The translations under genes were made by a program, and so were the position numbers. The notes beneath the pieces are model-generated. The model was given only the letters and a program-made list of their open reading frames with translations, ran no database searches and had not been told where the DNA came from. From Haliotis rubra (taxonomy: Eukaryota), in the NCBI RefSeq assembly GCF_003918875.1, contig NW_025766002.1, positions 248,001 through 312,000 on the forward strand: a stretch of DNA of 64,000 nucleotides. Direction: 5' to 3'. Below are positions 1 to 11,346 of this stretch, piece after piece. The number at the start of each line of letters is the position of its first letter. Position 1 is the stretch's first letter.

Positions 1-255
1 AGGTACGTCATATGATAGAGGTTCCTGTGTATTAAAGGTACGTCATATGACCGAGGTTCCTATGTTCTAAAGGTACCTGAAATTTTCTAAAGGTACCTCA
101 TATGACCGAGGTTCTTATGTTCTAAAGGTACCTCATATGACAGAGGTTATTATGTACTAAAGGTACCTCATATCACCGATGTTTTTATGTTCTAAAGGTA
201 CCTCATATGTCCGTGGTTCTTAAGGACTAAAGGTATCTTACATGACAGCGCGTCA
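1..255. repeat. 35-bp tandem repeat (AAAGGTACCTCATATGACCGAGGTTCTTATGTTCT-like), about 7 diverged units, runs off window start
   Basis: AGGTA(C) recurs at 1, 36, 71, (91), 126, 161, 196, 231; a looser GTACCTCAAATAGCA motif recurs to ~780. Confidence 0.85.
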
Positions 256-526
256 TATCAATGATACCCCCAATAGCAAGATAGAGTATTTCTTTTCGGT
301 TTCATTTTGATCGTTGTATCAAATGTATCGGGAACACCCAACATGCTAAAGATGTCCGATTTAATACATGTATTACACGATCAGACTATACGTCAAATAG
401 CAGTGCATCATATTTCTCAAGGTACCTCAAATACCAGAGCATCATATGCATATTCTCAAAAGTACCTCAAACAGCAGAGCATCACTCGCATATATATATA
501 TATATATGATACCTCAAATAGCATAA

Positions 527-696
527 GGGGCGGTGGGGTAGCCTAGTGGTTAAAGCGTTGGCTCGTCACGCCGAAGACCCGGGTTCGAATCCCCACATGG
601 GTACAATTTGTGAAGCCCATTTCTGGTGTCCCCCGCCGTGATGTTGCTGGAATATTGCTTAAAGCGGCGTAAAACCAAATTCAGTCAGTCAGTCAG
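527..696 (+). mobile_element. Full-length tRNA-derived SINE (family A) with (TCAG)n tail
   Basis: A box TAGCCTAGTGG, B box GGTTCGAATCC, 3' GCTGGAATATTGCTTAAAGCGGCGTAAAAC, 13-bp TSD TCAAATAGCATAA at 514-526 and 697-709; other copies at 10111, 51612, 58300. Confidence 0.92.
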
Positions 697-2374
697 TCAA
701 ATAGCATAAAGTCAGATGTCTTAACGGACTTTCCATTTATCACCGTATAACATCATATCACAAGTACTTCAAATAGCAGACTAACATTTTTATCCAAAAT
801 TTCATGTGATAGCACAGTATGATGTGCACAATTCCAAAACCTGTTATTTAGTGTCTGAAGCTGTTATCACAGGCAAGACCATGACGTAAAGTCGGAATCG
901 TACAAATGACTCTGCTTTTAGCAGTTATTTATTGTTGTGATTACAATCGAGTAAGCGTGTTATACTTCTCTTTAACAGTTAACATAGGTACCACGGCATC
1001 ATAGGTGACATGGGCTATGGGTGGCATTTTTAGCAGACATGTAATGCACTTTAACACAAGTGTCGTATGTATCTCATTAAACAGTTTCCATTCCATAACT
1101 TACAAATATGCAAGGACTCGTGACATCAATATTTTAATCTATTGTGTGATTTGGAAAAAGGTCAGGTAACGTTCAGTCAGCCTGGTGTTTGCATCATAGT
1201 GAACATACCATTACACCATGTCTAATGGTTCTGGACCCAACAACATACACGTAAAAATATACAATATCAAAATGCGATGGCCGTCAGATGTCCCTCACCT
1301 CCAATGGGTATATTGCCCTACACTGTAAAACGGAACTGCACTCTCCGTAACAAGCTCAATTATATATATAAACAATGATAATGATAATAGCAATAACAAA
1401 CCCCACAAATCCTTTGTTTTAAAGAGGAGTAACCGTTCTTGCTTGCTCAATAACCACGACAAACAGCCATTATATTTGACATATTTACCCCACTAAGACT
1501 GTTTCTTTGCTTTTCGCCCATTCTACACCCGTATCCTCGTTCTGGTAGTTTTACAAATCCCTGACCTACCCGATTCCCGACTTGACGCCGTGCTCTACCA
1601 CGAGTAGCTACCCAATTTGGCGACACTAACCGACAAACCAAACACAATTGCCAAATACAGAAAGACGATACCATGTCAAGCCAATTTAAAATATTTTCTT
1701 TTTCCTCAAGTTAGCGACTTTGGGTCCGTAGTCAGTCATCTTGGCAGTCTGCTTGGCCATGACAATGTCCCCGTATTGACAATAAACAGGGCAGATCACT
1801 AACGCTACAATAGACAGGGAGGAACTTGGGGGACATGGCTTCAAGAAATAACAAAGTGGCGGCAGGCTGGGTTGACTCGATCAACACTGCGTTACACCAT
1901 GGCAGGTGCCGCTAAGGCAAGTTACTGTATTAAGGAAATCATGTTTGGTTTTCGACTTGGAGGTTTCAGCCATTTTTTCTTGCCGGGTATCAGAAGCTTT
2001 GCCTGTCAGGGAGTTTGCTGTTTGGATTAAAGTTAATTAGGTAAGACCGACGGATATGGTTTCAGTACTATCGATTTGAACTCATTGTTACTGAACATTT
2101 CAACGGGGTATTTTGAAAGTCTATACCCTTATACCCGTGTTGACGTCGTGTCTATTTATGCATAGGTTTCAAACTAACTAAAAATGATTATCTAAATATT
2201 TCCAAATAATTACAGAGTCATTTGTTGATGATTGGTTGAAATTAATTAAGAGTGTTGTTTTGGGTTAAGTAATCCATTAGAACATATTAATTCTTTAAAG
2301 TGTCAACCATCTTCACTCATGTAGACCTTACTCAAAGGTAACATTGTCCATATATTCACATGATTGCTATATTG

Positions 2375-2440
2375 GCAGGTGCCTTCGATAGGACATGGTT
2401 ACCTGTTCGCAAACACCTGGTGTCATCAGTGATCGCCATA
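2375..2440 (+). mobile_element. Fragment of the dispersed repeat carrying AACACCTGGTGTCATCACTGA (3' end of the Penelope-like RT family)
   Basis: Same motif at 47460, 47945, 49829, 59430 (-) and downstream of the RT remnant at 39205-39690 (-). Confidence 0.55.
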
Positions 2441-2452
2441 CCAGTTGGAATT

Positions 2453-2670
2453 TGAAGAATGAGGACAATTTTTATGGATATACAACTTCTTTGTTCTGTA
2501 TAAGCGACGTTTCAACATAGATTCTAATGTCGTTGTCAACCAAGTGGTGCTTGACAACGACATTAGAATCTATGTCGAAACGTCGCCTATACAGAATAAA
2601 GAAGTTGTATATCCATAAAAATTGTCCTCATTCTTCATCTCCTCAACTTCTAGAATGCCAGTCAAAGACG
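2453..2670 (+). mobile_element. Non-autonomous Penelope-like fold-back element (inverted pLTR pair plus tail)
   Basis: 87-bp inverted arms 2453-2539 and 2551-2637 (3 mismatches, 11-bp spacer), hammerhead-like core followed by AATAAA (2595-2600), tail CTTCTAGAATGCCAGTCAAA shared with the 40.8-kb copy, near-TSD CAGTTGGAAT 2442-2451 / CAATTGGAAT 2671-2680. Confidence 0.75.
2544..2592 (+). ncRNA. Putative minimal type I hammerhead ribozyme, U3-A8 variant
   Basis: TTGACAA(2551-2557)-C-stem II GACAT/ATGTC-GAAA(2577-2580)-CGTC; predicted cleavage after 2584; stem I short and imperfect. Confidence 0.55.
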
Positions 2671-3747
2671 CAATTGGAATCTGATAGTCAAGTCTGGGTA
2701 TTATTTTGCTCTGACCTTTTATAATGGGTAAAACCGTCATTGACCGTTAATGAACCGTTATAAATAATATTTTTCATTTATAAATATCAGAGAATTGAAG
2801 AAACAGTCTGTTTTTAGTTTAAAGAAAAGGCTCAATTTATATTGATATATTAATAGATCCATCACCATGACAACTAATAGCAGCTCATGTGCATGCAGTC
2901 CATTAGTTTCCTATTACAACCAGGGTCAATATTTTCTTAAACTAGACTCACATATTCCTCTGGTGCTTTTTGAAACAGTTTTTATATCTAGCGTCCCCTT
3001 GATAATCGACAATTGCCATCATCACTTAAGTCCAAAACATTTTATGAAAGCCAACCCCAAAGGACTGACTACCCATGAATATTCACGCCGTTTTATTCTT
3101 GACATGTATATGTCTAACATCTTGAATAGCTGAGTCATTGCAAGTTTACATGTTCACACTTTCACATAGATCAATTACACTAATCCCATTATCATAAATA
3201 GAAACAGATAATGTATCCGGAAGACATCGATATAATAAAACTATGATCGTGGACAATAAAGTATTCATGCTGTGGTTAATCGACCACCGAGTTTGGTCAT
3301 CATTGTTTTATGGTGGATATTCTGTTCGGAGTTTAGGTATAAATAACGATCGTGGTAAGCTAACAGCTTACCGGTAACAGCAGGAGGGACGATCAGTAAT
3401 GGTAACAGCTTAAGCTGTTTTAGGAATTGGAGAAAGAGTCGTTTACCTATCAGATCAAAAGATAAACGTATGGTGAGACGAGTCACGTAGGCGTCCCGGG
3501 TGGAATTGTTCCTGTGACATCTAGCGCATGGTCGGTCGTCTACCACAACACGCAGTTAGATTCAGCGATGATATTGTGTCGCATTCTTTTGGCGTGTAGT
3601 AATTTTATCCTAGCTGGTCCAAAGTTGGTCGCCAACAGCTGTAGATGCATATATTTAATCTATCGGTCTTTAATCCATATCGTTAGTTTTGATTCCCAAT
3701 TTTAATAAGTTAATCGGAATCGATCTGTTAAAGGATTACAACAAAGA

Positions 3748-3957
3748 TCGAGTGAGTGAGTTTAGTTTTACGCCGCACCCAGTAATATTCCAGCTATATG
3801 GCGGCGGTCTGTAAATAATCGAGTCTGGACCAGATAATTCAGTGATCAACAGCATGAGCATCGATCTTCGCAATTGGGAACCGATGACATGTGTCAACCA
3901 AGCCAGCGAGCCTGACCACCCGATCCCGTTAGTCGCCTCTTACGACAAGCATGGGTT
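3748..3957 (-). mobile_element. SINE-like family B, 5'-truncated copy with (ACTC)n tail
   Basis: 15-bp TSD GGATTACAACAAAGA at 3733-3747 and 3958-3972; highly similar to 8827-9048 and 7578-7771. Confidence 0.9.
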
Positions 3958-4689
3958 GGATTACAACAAAGAAATGTGAGGTAACTAAAATTGACTAAAT
4001 TCACAAATGAATACAAAGATGTCACCGTGGCAGTATAAAATAGAGTGTGGGTGCAAACTCAGATGCAGTACAAGAGAAGAGCATTGATTACAGCAATAGA
4101 GAATCCGACTTGTAACTACAGGCTTAGGCAGGGTATATGATCCTCACACACAATGCTGGTCTTCTGGTAGCTTAAGATGTGATGTCGGGCAATAGCTAGC
4201 TGTCCTTATGTGCACAAAAATAAGTTGCGAGAAAATTCTATAATATTCTGTGGGTCACAGTGGAAGTAAAGTGAAAACTGCTTAAATATAGCTCAAGTCC
4301 AATTATAGTATACCACTGCCCCTCACTGAATCCACATGTACAATGTATGACAGTTGAAATAACACTGCCACATAACAATATCGAGATATAGTTTCACCCC
4401 TTCTTATAGACTTATGTATCTGAATTGCCATTTTGATATCGCGATACCGATGTATCGATGTATTGGTTTGCTACAGAGATATCGCGATACCGATACGAAC
4501 TGATAAATCGAAAGAGAACTTTTCGGTACATCGATTTACTGGTTTCCACACTCAGACATCGATTTATCAATTCCCGTCGATAAACTGCTAATACAAATAC
4601 TTGCATTCATACAACACGCTGTGTGTAAGTAAACACATCCCATCTCCGAGCCGTCCAACTGATCTGCTACTCAATAATATGAATGAACC

Positions 4690-7050
4690 AGGAATCAGCG
4701 CATGACCTACACTGAACAAAGTAGGAATCTGTCAAGAGTTTCGAACATTCTGCGAAACCAACTAGGCATGACAGGAAGTTCCAAGGCTTCTGACTTGCTC
4801 CAGCTTGTTGTTCTCGTCGTTTTGAAGTAGGCCAAGATGATTTAGTTAAGCGATGTTTCAACCATGGATTTCACCACCGTCAGCCGGAGACTTAAAAAGT
4901 GTGTAACGAGGAAACATCTGACGTCTTCTCTTCCTCCGAAGAGAGAAAATCTGTTTCATGAGCTGGAAGGTAATGGTTTCGGTTGTCTGGGACTCCAAGT
5001 GATCCCTGCATGTATAATGCCTTCTGACGTCAGACCGATTGATGCAAATATTATGCTAATCCGCTCACGTCTCGGGCACCTTCATGATGACATCAATGAT
5101 GACGGCATGGTGTGTCATGGTGTGTTGTTCCCTCTGGACATTGCATGACGGCATGGTGTGTCAAGGTGTGCTGTTCCCTCTGGACATTGCATGACGGCAT
5201 GGTGTGTCATGGTGTGTTGTTCCCTCTGGACATTGCATGACGGCATGGTGTGTCAAGGTGTGTTGTTCCCTCTGGACACTGCATGACGGCATGGTGTGTC
5301 AAGGTGTGTTGTTCCCTCTGGACATTGCATGACGGCATGGTGTGTCAAGGTGTGTTGTTCCCTCTGGACATTGCATGACGGCATGGTGTGTCAAGGTGTG
5401 TTGTTCCCTCTGGACATTGCATGACGGCATGGTGTGTCAAGGTGTGTTGTTCCCTCTGGACATTGCATGACGGCATGGTGTGTCAAGGTGTGTTGTTCCC
5501 TCTGGACATTGCATGACGGCATGGTGTGTCAAGGTGTGTTGTTCCCTCTGGACATTGCATGACGGCATGGTGTGTCAAGGTGTGTTGTTCCCTCTGGACA
5601 TTGCATGACGGCATGGTGTGTCAAGGTGTGTTGTTCCCTCTGGACATTGCATGACGGCATGGTGTGTCAAGGTGTGTTGTTCCCTCTGGACATTGCATGA
5701 CGGCATGGTGTGTCAAGGTGTGTTGTTCCCTCTGGACATTGCATGACGGCATGGTGTGTCAAGGTGTGTTGTTCCCTCTGGACATTGCATGACGGCATGG
5801 TGTGTCAAGGTGTGTTGTTCCCTCTGGACATTGCATGACGGCATGGTGTGTCAAGGTGTGTTGTTCCCTCTGGACATTGCATGACGGCATGGTGTGTCAA
5901 GGTGTGTTGTTCCCTCTGGACATTGCATGACGGCATGGTGTGTCAAGGTGTGTTGTTCCCTCTGGACATTGCATGACGGCATGGTGTGTCAAGGTGTGTT
6001 GTTCCCTCTGGACATTGCATGACGGCATGGTGTGTCAAGGTGTGTTGTTCCCTCTGGACATTGCATGACGGCATGGTGTGTCAAGGTGTGTTGTTCCCTC
6101 TGGACATTGCATGACGGCATGGTGTGTCAAGGTGTGTTGTTCCCTCTGGACATTGCATGACGGCATGGTGTGTCAAGGTGTGTTGTTCCCTCTGGACATT
6201 GCATGACGGCATGGTGTGTCAAGGTGTGTTGTTCCCTCTGGACATTGCATGACGGCATGGTGTGTCAAGGTGTGTTGTTCCCTCTGGACATTGCATGACG
6301 GCATGCATGTGTCATGGTGTGTTGTTCCCTCTGGACATTGCATGACGGCATGGTGTGTCAAGGTGTGTTGTTCCCTCTGGACATTGCATGACGGCATGGT
6401 GTGTCAAGGTGTGTTGTTCCCTCTGGACATTGCATGACGGCATGGTGTGTCAAGGTGTGTTGTTCCCTCTGGACATTGCATGACGGCATGGTGTGTCATG
6501 GTGTGTTGTTCCCTCTGGACATTGCATGACGGCATGGTGTGTCAAGGTGTGTTGTTCCCTCTGGACATTGCATGACGGCATGGTGTGTCATGGTGTGTTG
6601 TTCCCTCTGGACATTGCATGACGGCATGGTGTGTCAAGGTGTGTTGTTCCCTCTGGACATTGCATGACGGCATGGTGTGTCAAGGTGTGTTGTTCCCTCT
6701 GGACATTGCATGACGGCATGGTGTGTCAAGGTGTGTTGTTCCCTCTGGACATTGCATGACGGCATGGTGTGTCAAGGTGTGTTGTTCCCCCTGGACATTG
6801 CATGACCGCATGGTGGTGGACTTTCGTTCTGTTCTCACTGAACATCCTCCGTATGCTCCAGATTCGGCACCTTCATATTTCCTCTTTTACCAAACTGGAA
6901 TGTGAATGTTCTGATCAGTATTATACAAATAATGATGAAACATTTCTGTTATGGAGGACCTTTTACACCACCGTCTTGTACACCTGTAGGACAAATGCAA
7001 TCCAACCTGAAGACAAGTTTTTAAAAGATTGCAGGTTCCTGGAATAGGTT
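4690..7050 (+). pseudogene. Decayed mariner (Tc1/mariner DD34D-type) transposase interrupted by a 46-bp minisatellite
   Basis: Motif order VPRLLT, FHHRQPET, KVMVSVVWDSK (4967-4999), GVLFPLDIA*PH (ends 6811; = HQDNARPH), HPPYAPDSAPS (from 6843; = HPPYSPDLAPS), LFTKL...YTNNDE; many stops and frameshifts; TIRs not identified. Confidence 0.85.
5099..6811. repeat. 46-bp minisatellite, ~37 near-identical units (GACGGCATGGTGTGTCAAGGTGTGTTGTTCCCTCTGGACATTGCAT)
   Basis: Direct reading; period 46 (5101, 5147, ...). Confidence 0.98.
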
Positions 7051-7424
7051 CTTAGAATATGTAAATCCGACCCAACTCAGTGATTAAATGGATATTGGAA
7101 AATAATATCTATCACTGGTATGATCACTGGTTTGTCCGGTCCAAACTCTATTACTAGCATGTCACAAGTTGGACTGATTGCAGAACAACAAACCAAATAA
7201 ACTGGCATCGGTTCTTGAATCATTATGTGGAAGAATCGTTGTCGAAAGAGTACCCTCGTCAGAAAACTGAGTAATACAAGAGAACACGAACAACTTTCGT
7301 GAACATGTCATTTCACACAGCCGCTTTAACGTGACTGTTTTCGGGAACATTACGATAAGTGGTCATTGATGAAGCGACAGATTCCTTGAACAGGATTCGA
7401 ACACCGTACTTTGATTCACAAGGT

Positions 7425-7771
7425 TGGTTTGTTTGTTGTTTAACGCCACACTCAGAAGTATTCCGGCTATATTCAACTAACCGTGCAGACTCCCTTTTTA
7501 TTCCATTTTGAATATCATGTTTTTCTATAATTTAGAAGAAATATATTGTGAAATTATCCTGTGAATATCAGAGACGGAGCAATATTCCTGCTATATGGCG
7601 GTGGTCTGTAAATAACCGAGTCTGGACCAGACAATCCAGTAATCCACATCATGAGCATCGATCTACACAATTGGGATACGTTGACGTGTGTAAACCAACT
7701 CAACGAGCCTGACCACCCAATCCCCCTAGGCGCCCCTTCCCACAAGCATGGGTTGTTGAAGACCAATTCTA
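7425..7771 (-). mobile_element. SINE-like family B in two pieces (tail 7425-7474, body 7578-7771)
   Basis: Matches 3748-3957 body and tail; a further small plus-strand fragment at ~7110-7155. Confidence 0.8.
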
Positions 7772-8235
7772 TGATTTGCAAGGTCATAGTGTTTAAGTTA
7801 AAAAACATCGCTCTGTTGGCATATTTAGGGCATGGTATTGCAGACCGATGCCTTCGGGGTATGTTAAAAAATTATAATTACTACATTTCTTTGAAGTCTA
7901 TATTTCATTGTGTAAGCAACCCTTGAATATACCGACAAAAACACGAATAATTCTATGAATACATAATGTGCTTGGGTGGTCGGTAAAGCGACCTTACTCT
8001 CGAGTACAGAAATGTGTAAGTGATTTAGATACCGTGAATACATGGCGCCACATACAAGATACCTCCACAACTCAAGTGAGAAGGATCAAACATATTTCGA
8101 GATGCCAGGGGTGTTTATTCAAATTTACGCATACAGGCTACAGTATGAAATAATCACGGCTATTGTGTCAGCATGAACATGGGCTGATTAGCAGAGGCAT
8201 TCGAATTCTATGTGTTCTTATACAACGTAGGATAA

Positions 8236-8451
8236 ACAAAGTAGGTGATCTTGACGACCAGTTTTCAGGTTTCTATTTTGTAGAAACCACGGTGGCTGAG
8301 TAAGTTAGATCGCTGACTTTGTGTGGTGGCATCAGATGCATGACTCTGAGAGTATGTACGAATCCCGGATGTGACTCAACCCTTAAAGGTTATAGAATCT
8401 GAACTTTACTGAGAAAATGTAATAAAAGACATATCATACTTTACATTTGAC
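8236..8451 (+). mobile_element. Diverged copy of the 300-bp tRNA-headed element, in a different circular permutation from 21186-21509
   Basis: Aligns by eye to reverse complement of 21192-21350 and then continues into reverse complement of 21428-21509. Confidence 0.75.
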
Positions 8452-8481
8452 ATAATCATGAGAACATAACACACCTAGGAT

Positions 8482-8736
8482 GGTGAGGTGAAATGAAAGT
8501 GCGTTCTGTGGCGTCGTATACCAGTCCGGACTTTTGTCGGTTACATATTGGTAGGGCAGTGTGATGCCATACTGCAGTATACTGACTCCGACACGACCAG
8601 TCCTTTCACCCTAATGCCGAGCACCAGCGGGGAAACAACAAGTACCCCCTGTTAAAGTCGTTTGGTACAATGGGGCCGGAGGTCTAACCATGGAGCTTCC
8701 TTTCTCCGGCAGTTCCTTCCACCAGGCCACAGGCCC
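8482..8736 (-). mobile_element. Degenerate tRNA-headed SINE with conserved central domain (resembles Meta/MESC-type core, from recall)
   Basis: Minus strand TACCAAACGACTTTAACAGGGGGTACTTGTTGTTTCCCCGCTGGTGCTCGGCATTAGGG after a decayed B box; superfamily name needs a Dfam/SINEBase check. Confidence 0.55.
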
Positions 8737-8826
8737 TACACCTACTGATTCGATGCTACTGTAGTCTTGCAACAGATATCTTTACTAAATAGTTTTTTGG
8801 TCTCGCGAGCTTCTACGTTAATGATT

Positions 8827-9048
8827 GGCCCGTGAAGATTCGGGTTGGAATTGGTCTTCTAAAACCCATGCTTGTCGTAAGAGACTGACGGGATCGGGTG
8901 GTCAGGCTCGCTGACTTGGTTGACACATGTCATCGTATCCCAGTTGCGTAGATCGATGCTCATGCTGTTGATCACGGGATTGTCGGGTCCAGGCTCGATT
9001 ATTTACAATATTGCTGTGTGCGGCGTTAAACAACAAACCAACCAACCA
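8827..9048 (+). mobile_element. SINE-like family B, longest copy, non-tRNA 5' end, (AACC)n tail
   Basis: 12-bp TSD ACGTTAATGATT at 8815-8826 and 9049-9060. Confidence 0.9.
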
Positions 9049-10110
9049 ACGTTAATGATTAATGACAAACTAGTATACGACAGACGAAATAAGTCGAGGA
9101 GTTACAAGACAGCGCAAAAGAGTTCTTTACAGATAATTGCTTAAGACGATATTCATTTCAAACGTTAAGTCATGCATGAATTTGTATACAAAGTGTGAAA
9201 CAAACCATTTTCGATTATTATAAGTGCTTGGTTTGAAGACGCAATCAATACCAGCTCTGCGAGGTCTCCCCTGCGGCTCGTCGGAGGAGTTGGCAGGGCC
9301 GGGTATACTAACAGTTACAGAAATTACTCTCGAATACAAAAGACACGAAATATAACTGTCAGCGAATTACAGTTACATATATTATCGGAGAACCCCTGCA
9401 GTGAAATGTACAAGTAATGACTGTCATCCCACGGAGTCAATAGACTTGTCAGCGCCGTTATGTACATGCCATGTGATCTACATGATGACCCGTGGCAGTG
9501 ACCCCACCCACACATTGTGTGGTAAAACACCCATAAGCTTTAGGTTTGCCAAGATTTTATTTTATTTTATTTATATAATAATCAAATGAGTGTGAAACAA
9601 GTCGAATGAGTCATCGTGAGCGTCATGCTTATTTCAAAATTGCATACTTCGCTCAGCTGGGTATTGCCAAAGACTTGGTGTGATTTTTTTGTTCAAGGTA
9701 TATAGTTCATGTAAAGTGCATGGCGGTCCCTATCGAAGCGGTGTTGCTATATGAGATGTCTGTCGTTCTGTCGTCGTTCCGATAATGTATCAGTCGTGTT
9801 CGAACGTGTTGTGAAATGAGCAAGAAATACAGTACAATGATTAATGTGCTTAAGTGAAATGAGTTACGCTCGGTGTGTTTTTATGCCTCTGTGCGGGGAT
9901 CGGCAGGTTTCTTGTGGCTTATCATACGGCTTGACATACGAAAGCTGAAAGAGACATACTGAAAACAATACCTACTTTAAGGTGTCTAGGACCTCCCACA
10001 CTCACATGTCAGTCACATGCAGAATTCACAAACCAGAACAACATCATCTGGAACAGCGCTATCCCCAACAGTCTGTCTTACAACTTGATACTTGCTGGTG
10101 ACTGTATTGC

Positions 10111-10205
10111 GAGGCGGTGGGATAGCTTTGTGGTAAAAGTGATCGCTCGGTAAAAACCCGGGTTCGATACCCAAAATGGATTCAGCGTGAGAGATCCATT
10201 TTCTG
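10111..10205 (+). mobile_element. Degenerate SINE family A head
   Basis: GGCGGTGGGATAGCTTTGTGG...CCCGGGTTCGATACCC...CCATTTTCTG, similar to 527-627. Confidence 0.7.
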
Positions 10206-10932
10206 TCTACCATAGTAAACAACACTTTGTAAATGGAATTCCATGCTTGTGAAAACTGGCGAACTTTAACATGACTTTAGATAAATATTAAATTATCAAA
10301 TTACATTTTAATATCAAAATAACATAAGAGCGAGACATTCGATAGAACAAACACCAACACTGGACCTTTAGAACGTGTCACACTATGATGCAGTCAAACA
10401 ATCAATTTTTTTATGGAATTAAATTTTAATGCAAAAATGGTTTGTCCAGAGCCAGACACGTGATATTGTAACACTGTATTTAAATCACAAAGTTTCATTT
10501 ATGTACAAATTATGTAGGACGTACTGGACACAACCTGTGGCGATACAAACATGTCGACAGGACGCTGTCGCGATAGTTAACAGTGTTAATAATTTCAGTT
10601 ACAATGCCAGGGAGAAGGTAACTGCTCCAAATGGGTTACCAAAGTGGAGTTTACAACTGGAAATTTTATCTGATCTGACACATGTCCGTAAGATAAACGG
10701 CGACTGTTTTGTTTCCCAATTTCACCACCTTAGCGAGTTTCTGTGGGACAAAGTAGCCATAAAGACTGTAACGAGCTGACGGTTACAACTACACATAAGG
10801 ATTCTACTCGTTTGTGAAAGATTAAGCGACCGAGTGAACTGGGTAAGTTCGGCCTTTCTCGCGCCAAGCAGCTTTTTATCAGGAAAATCGACGAACTTGT
10901 TCTCCATAATGTAAGAGTAACCTAGAAGTAAC

Positions 10933-11346
10933 ATGCTGCCTCCCTCCATACGTCATCACCACCACCACCATCACCACCACCTCCACCATCACTGGTGTTG
11001 TGTGCCCCTCCCATCAGTAGCTGTAGCATGCTGCCTCCCTCCATACGCCATCATATATTAATGAGGTAACAACTCCGTGACCATCACCACCAACTCCACC
11101 ATCACTGGTGTCATCATATATTAATGAGGTAACAACTCCGTGACCATCACCACCACCTCCACCATCACTGGTGTTGTCCCTCCCACCAGTAGCTGTATCA
11201 TGCTGCCTCCCTCCATACGTCATCATATATTAATGAGGTAACAACTCCGTGACCACCACCACCTCCACCATCACTCGTGTTGTGTCCCCCCTCCCATCAG
11301 TAGCTGTAGCATGCTGCCCCCCTCCCATCAGTAGCTGTAGCATGCT
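10933..11346. repeat. Irregular modular tandem repeat (CATGCTGCCTCCCTCCATACG / ATATATTAATGAGGTAACAACTCCGTGACC / (CAC)n / CCCATCAGTAGCTGTAG)
   Basis: Each module present 3-4 times in shuffled tandem order. Confidence 0.85.

Noticed and set aside
527-602. tRNA gene
   Set aside because: Continues into a SINE body and tail, flanked by a TSD, multiple decayed copies
3265-3546. ORF starting RPCARCHRN as a second DM-domain gene
   Set aside because: Lacks the remaining His/Cys ligands and the RQRVMA helix; non-ATG start; chance similarity
4415-4580. ATCGAT/GATATCGCGATAC-rich patch (also 40540-40690) as hAT-type MITE
   Set aside because: Subterminal-like motifs present but no TIR or TSD could be identified
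6173-6437. Short ORFs inside minisatellites (also 12516-13485, 52027-52721, 62605-63935)
   Set aside because: Translations of non-triplet repeat units, not genes
5099-6811. Regular arrays (also 12.5, 37.5, 52.3 and 61.5 kb) as CRISPR
   Set aside because: Head-to-tail units with no unique spacers, no cas genes, eukaryotic context
10429-10779. 116-aa ORF, and similar orphan ORFs at 19617, 36812, 46358, 50485
   Set aside because: No recognisable domain or supported exon structure; a BLASTX search would be needed
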